DNA of 64,000 nucleotides from an uncultured Verrucomicrobiae bacterium. GTDB taxonomy: Bacteria; Verrucomicrobiota; Verrucomicrobiia; Chthoniobacterales; UBA10450. The position numbers and the translations under genes were made by a program. How positions within the stretch are numbered: the first letter of the stretch is position 1; each line of letters starts with the position of its first letter. The DNA is taken from NCBI GenBank assembly GCA_963834385.1, contig CAWIBO010000002.1, positions 736,001 to 800,000 on the forward strand, written 5' to 3'. The notes beneath the pieces were generated by a model. The model searched no databases and was not told the origin of the DNA. It was given only the letters and a program-made list of their open reading frames with translations. Below, piece after piece: positions 61,634-64,000 of this stretch.

Positions 61634-62455
61634 TCAGTTGGTTGAATGATTGAGCGCGTGCACCGCGCCCGTCTGCTCGTCCCAGGCATGGAACCGGGCA
61701 ATGGCGTTGCTGACGTAAGTCTTGGCTCCGCGCACGGCGGCTTCGAGATCAAATCCCCGCGCCAACCCTGCCGCAATCCCGGCCGCGTAGGTGCACCCGG
61801 TTCCGTGCGTGCCCACTCCCCGCGTAAAAGGCGCGGATAATTCGAGGGGAGGTGCATCCGGCCGGCAAAGCAGATCAATCGCCTCGTCGCCCTGTAGATG
61901 GCCGCCTTTCAGGAGAACCGGCACACCGTACCTGGCCGCCAGGACCGGTCCCGCCCGGCGCATCGCTTTCAGGTCGGAGATTTCCTCCCCGAGAAGCACC
62001 CGCGCTTCGTCCAGGTTCGGTGTCAGCACCGCCGCCAGGGGAAAGAGGTCGTGCTCATAGGCGGCGACCGCATCCGGTCGCAGCAACGGGTCACCGCTCG
62101 TCGCCACCATCACCGGGTCGACCACGAGCGGGAGAGAACGACCCGTCTGCTTCATGGCGGCGAAACAGGCCGCGGTCGCCCGCACCGTTTCCGCGGAGTA
62201 AAGCATGCCGGTTTTGGCCGCACCAATCGGGAACCCCTGAAAAAGAACCTCAATCTGCGCGCGGACCATGTCCGGGTCGATCGCTTCAATGCGCGTGACC
62301 TTTCCCGGGATCTCGGCCACCACGCAGGTGACCGCGCTCACGCCGTAGATTCCGAAGGCGGAAAATGTTTTCAGGTCGGCCTGCAGCCCGGCGCCGGCGC
62401 TGCTGTCGGAACCGGCGACGGTCAGCGCCACCGGCGGAGAGGAAGGCGCGGGCAT
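61634..62455 (-). CDS. thiD: Hydroxymethylpyrimidine/phosphomethylpyrimidine kinase
   Basis: AGSDSSAGAGLQADLKT, KTGML, VDPVM, TPN..EA, KGGH and HGTGCT motifs. Confidence 0.93.
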   Translation of the reverse strand: MPAPSSPPVALTVAGSDSSAGAGLQADLKTFSAFGIYGVSAVTCVVAEIPGKVTRIEAIDPDMVRAQIEVLFQGFPIGAAKTGMLYSAETVRATAACFAAMKQTGRSLPLVVDPVMVATSGDPLLRPDAVAAYEHDLFPLAAVLTPNLDEARVLLGEEISDLKAMRRAGPVLAARYGVPVLLKGGHLQGDEAIDLLCRPDAPPLELSAPFTRGVGTHGTGCTYAAGIAAGLARGFDLEAAVRGAKTYVSNAIARFHAWDEQTGAVHALNHSTN

Positions 62456-62470
62456 CGCGCAGGGAGGAGC

Positions 62471-62704
62471 CTAGCCGCCGTCCGCCCCGATGGCTTCCAC
62501 CGGGCAGCCTTCCATCGCTTCCTTGCAGAGGGCTTCCTCTTCCGGACTGGTCGGCTGGTTGTAAACAAAGGAATGCCCGCCGTCGTCGTTCCGTTTGAAA
62601 TTCGCCGGGGCGGTCTCGCGACAGAGATCGCAGTCGATGCACTGGTCATCGACATAAAATTGTCCCTCGATATTTTCCGGATATTTGTTTGCGGCGTCGG
62701 CCAT
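62471..62704 (-). CDS. Ferredoxin
   Basis: FYVDDQCIDCDLCRETAP...CPVEAIG. Confidence 0.92.
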   Translation of the reverse strand: MADAANKYPENIEGQFYVDDQCIDCDLCRETAPANFKRNDDGGHSFVYNQPTSPEEEALCKEAMEGCPVEAIGADGG

Positions 62705-62783
62705 AGTTTTTCCTCGGAAAGGGAAGGTGATGAAAAAATGGGGGAGGCGCAACCCCGCATTTTGCCGCACCGTGCGTGGCGGC

Positions 62784-63707
62784 ATGAGCAGCTCCGGCAA
62801 TTCCCCGAAAACTGTCGTGAACTGGCTGGGCCATCTTTGGCGCGAATGGACGGTGAAAAGCTGGCGCCCGGTCGCTCCCGCGGCCGCGCGTCCCGAACCC
62901 GCCCTTTGGTCGCCTGACCGCGTTACCGCCTCCTGGCTGGGCCACTCGACCGTGCTCCTGAACCTGTCTGGCTTTTGGATATTGACCGATCCCGTGCTTT
63001 TCCCGCGCATCGGCATCCGCCTCCCCTTCCTCACCCTGGGTCCGAAACGGCTGACCGCCCCGGCGCTGCGGGTGGACGAACTTCCCCCGATCGATCTCGT
63101 CCTGCTTTCCCACGCGCACTTTGATCACCTTGATCGCCCCACCCTGCGCCGTCTGCGCGGCGCGGCCGTGATCGTTCCCTCCCGCGTCCGGGACCTCGTC
63201 GACGATCTTTCCTTTCGCTCGGTGCACGAGGTGCATTGGGGCGACGAGGCGACGCTGGCGGCCCCCTCCGGTCCGGTGCGGGTGCGCGCCTTCCCCGTGG
63301 CCCACTGGGGCGCCCGCCTCCGGCGCGACACCTGGCGCGGTTACAACGGCTACGTGGTGCAACACCGGGACACCCGCATCATCTTCGGCGGCGACAGCGC
63401 CCTCACGGAGAGCTTCGCCGCCCTCCGTGACGACCGGCCTTATGATCTCGCCATCATGTCGATCGGCGCCTACCAGCCCTGGATTCGCGCGCACTGCACC
63501 CCGGAGCAGGCCATCGCCATGGCCGGGGCTGCCGGCGCCCGCTTCATCATGCCGGTGCATCACCAGACTTTTCGGCTGAGCTTTGAGCCCTTCCGGGAGC
63601 CGATCGAGCGTTTCACCGCCGCCCTCGCGCAGACCCCGGAGCGGATTGCCCTGCGCGACATTGGCGAGACGTTCGTCCTGCCCGCCCGGGAAGCCGGCCC
63701 GCCGTAG
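62784..63707 (+). CDS. MBL-fold metallo-hydrolase (NAPE-PLD/UlaG-like)
   Basis: WLGHST, LTDP, LSHAHFDHLD, FGGDS, IGAY and PVHH.TF motifs. Confidence 0.88.
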   Translation: MSSSGNSPKTVVNWLGHLWREWTVKSWRPVAPAAARPEPALWSPDRVTASWLGHSTVLLNLSGFWILTDPVLFPRIGIRLPFLTLGPKRLTAPALRVDELPPIDLVLLSHAHFDHLDRPTLRRLRGAAVIVPSRVRDLVDDLSFRSVHEVHWGDEATLAAPSGPVRVRAFPVAHWGARLRRDTWRGYNGYVVQHRDTRIIFGGDSALTESFAALRDDRPYDLAIMSIGAYQPWIRAHCTPEQAIAMAGAAGARFIMPVHHQTFRLSFEPFREPIERFTAALAQTPERIALRDIGETFVLPAREAGPP

Positions 63708-63755
63708 CGCTTGCCGCTGGGGGCGACGGATGCCATCTTGGGCCGCTTTGGTTCC

Positions 63756-63828
63756 GCCGATGTAGCTCAGCTGGTAGAGCAGCTGATTCGTAATCAGCAG
63801 GTCACGGGTTCGAGTCCCGTCATCGGCT
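63756..63828 (+). tRNA. tRNA-Thr (anticodon CGT), CCA not encoded
   Basis: GCCGATG/CATCGGC acceptor stem, GCTC/GAGC D-arm, GCTGA-TTCGTAA-TCAGC anticodon arm, ACGGG-TTCGAGT-CCCGT T-arm. Confidence 0.96.
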
Positions 63829-64000
63829 CACCCAAACGGCCGGCCTGCCTGGACGCCGCCGGCACCATCCCGCGAGGGCTGCGGCCCCCCGGACCGAGGG
63901 AGGCGGGGGATGTGATTAGGCTTGTTGCCGGTCGCGAAATGAGCATACTCCGACTCCCCATTATGATGTTGAAATCCCTCTGCACCCTTGTTGTTCTCTT

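Noticed and set aside
63756..64000. tRNA-Thr as an island integration site
   Set aside because: Only ~170 bp follow it, with no integrase or tRNA 3' duplicate visible, so it cannot be assessed here.

Overview
GC-rich bacterial chromosome segment, probably Verrucomicrobiota (Chthoniobacterales-like). This is inferred from the UBact/20S proteasome genes, a double-length PVC-type UvrA, futalosine-pathway mqnC and the overall gene repertoire. Content is mostly housekeeping: two ExbB/ExbD/TonB(Tol) clusters, an ArsR-methyltransferase regulator divergent from metK-ahcY, glpX, mqnC, bamA-skp, ubact-prcB-prcA, lipB, ruvC, a UvrD/PcrA helicase, malQ, mdh, purC, gatCA, mazG, pckG, uvrA, lgt, a LigC-type ligase, purD, rnc, thiD, a ferredoxin and tRNA-Thr(CGT). 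Many conserved genes carry single-base frameshifts, mostly in homopolymer runs, which look like long-read assembly errors. Four structures stand out. (1) Four copies of a GTAG-type palindromic (REP/REPIN-like) element sit in frame inside uvrA and would be translated as 35-50 aa peptides. (2) A four-helix-bundle gene between metK and ahcY is enclosed by 30-bp inverted arms built from 7-nt repeats, running from the metK stop to the ahcY start; empty or half elements of similar design occur at other gene junctions. (3) A ~240-bp direct duplication of the ahcY 3' end plus terminator brackets a hicBA toxin-antitoxin pair, with no integrase nearby. (4) The UBact-proteasome locus lacks its conjugation enzymes here and abuts cell-wall genes.
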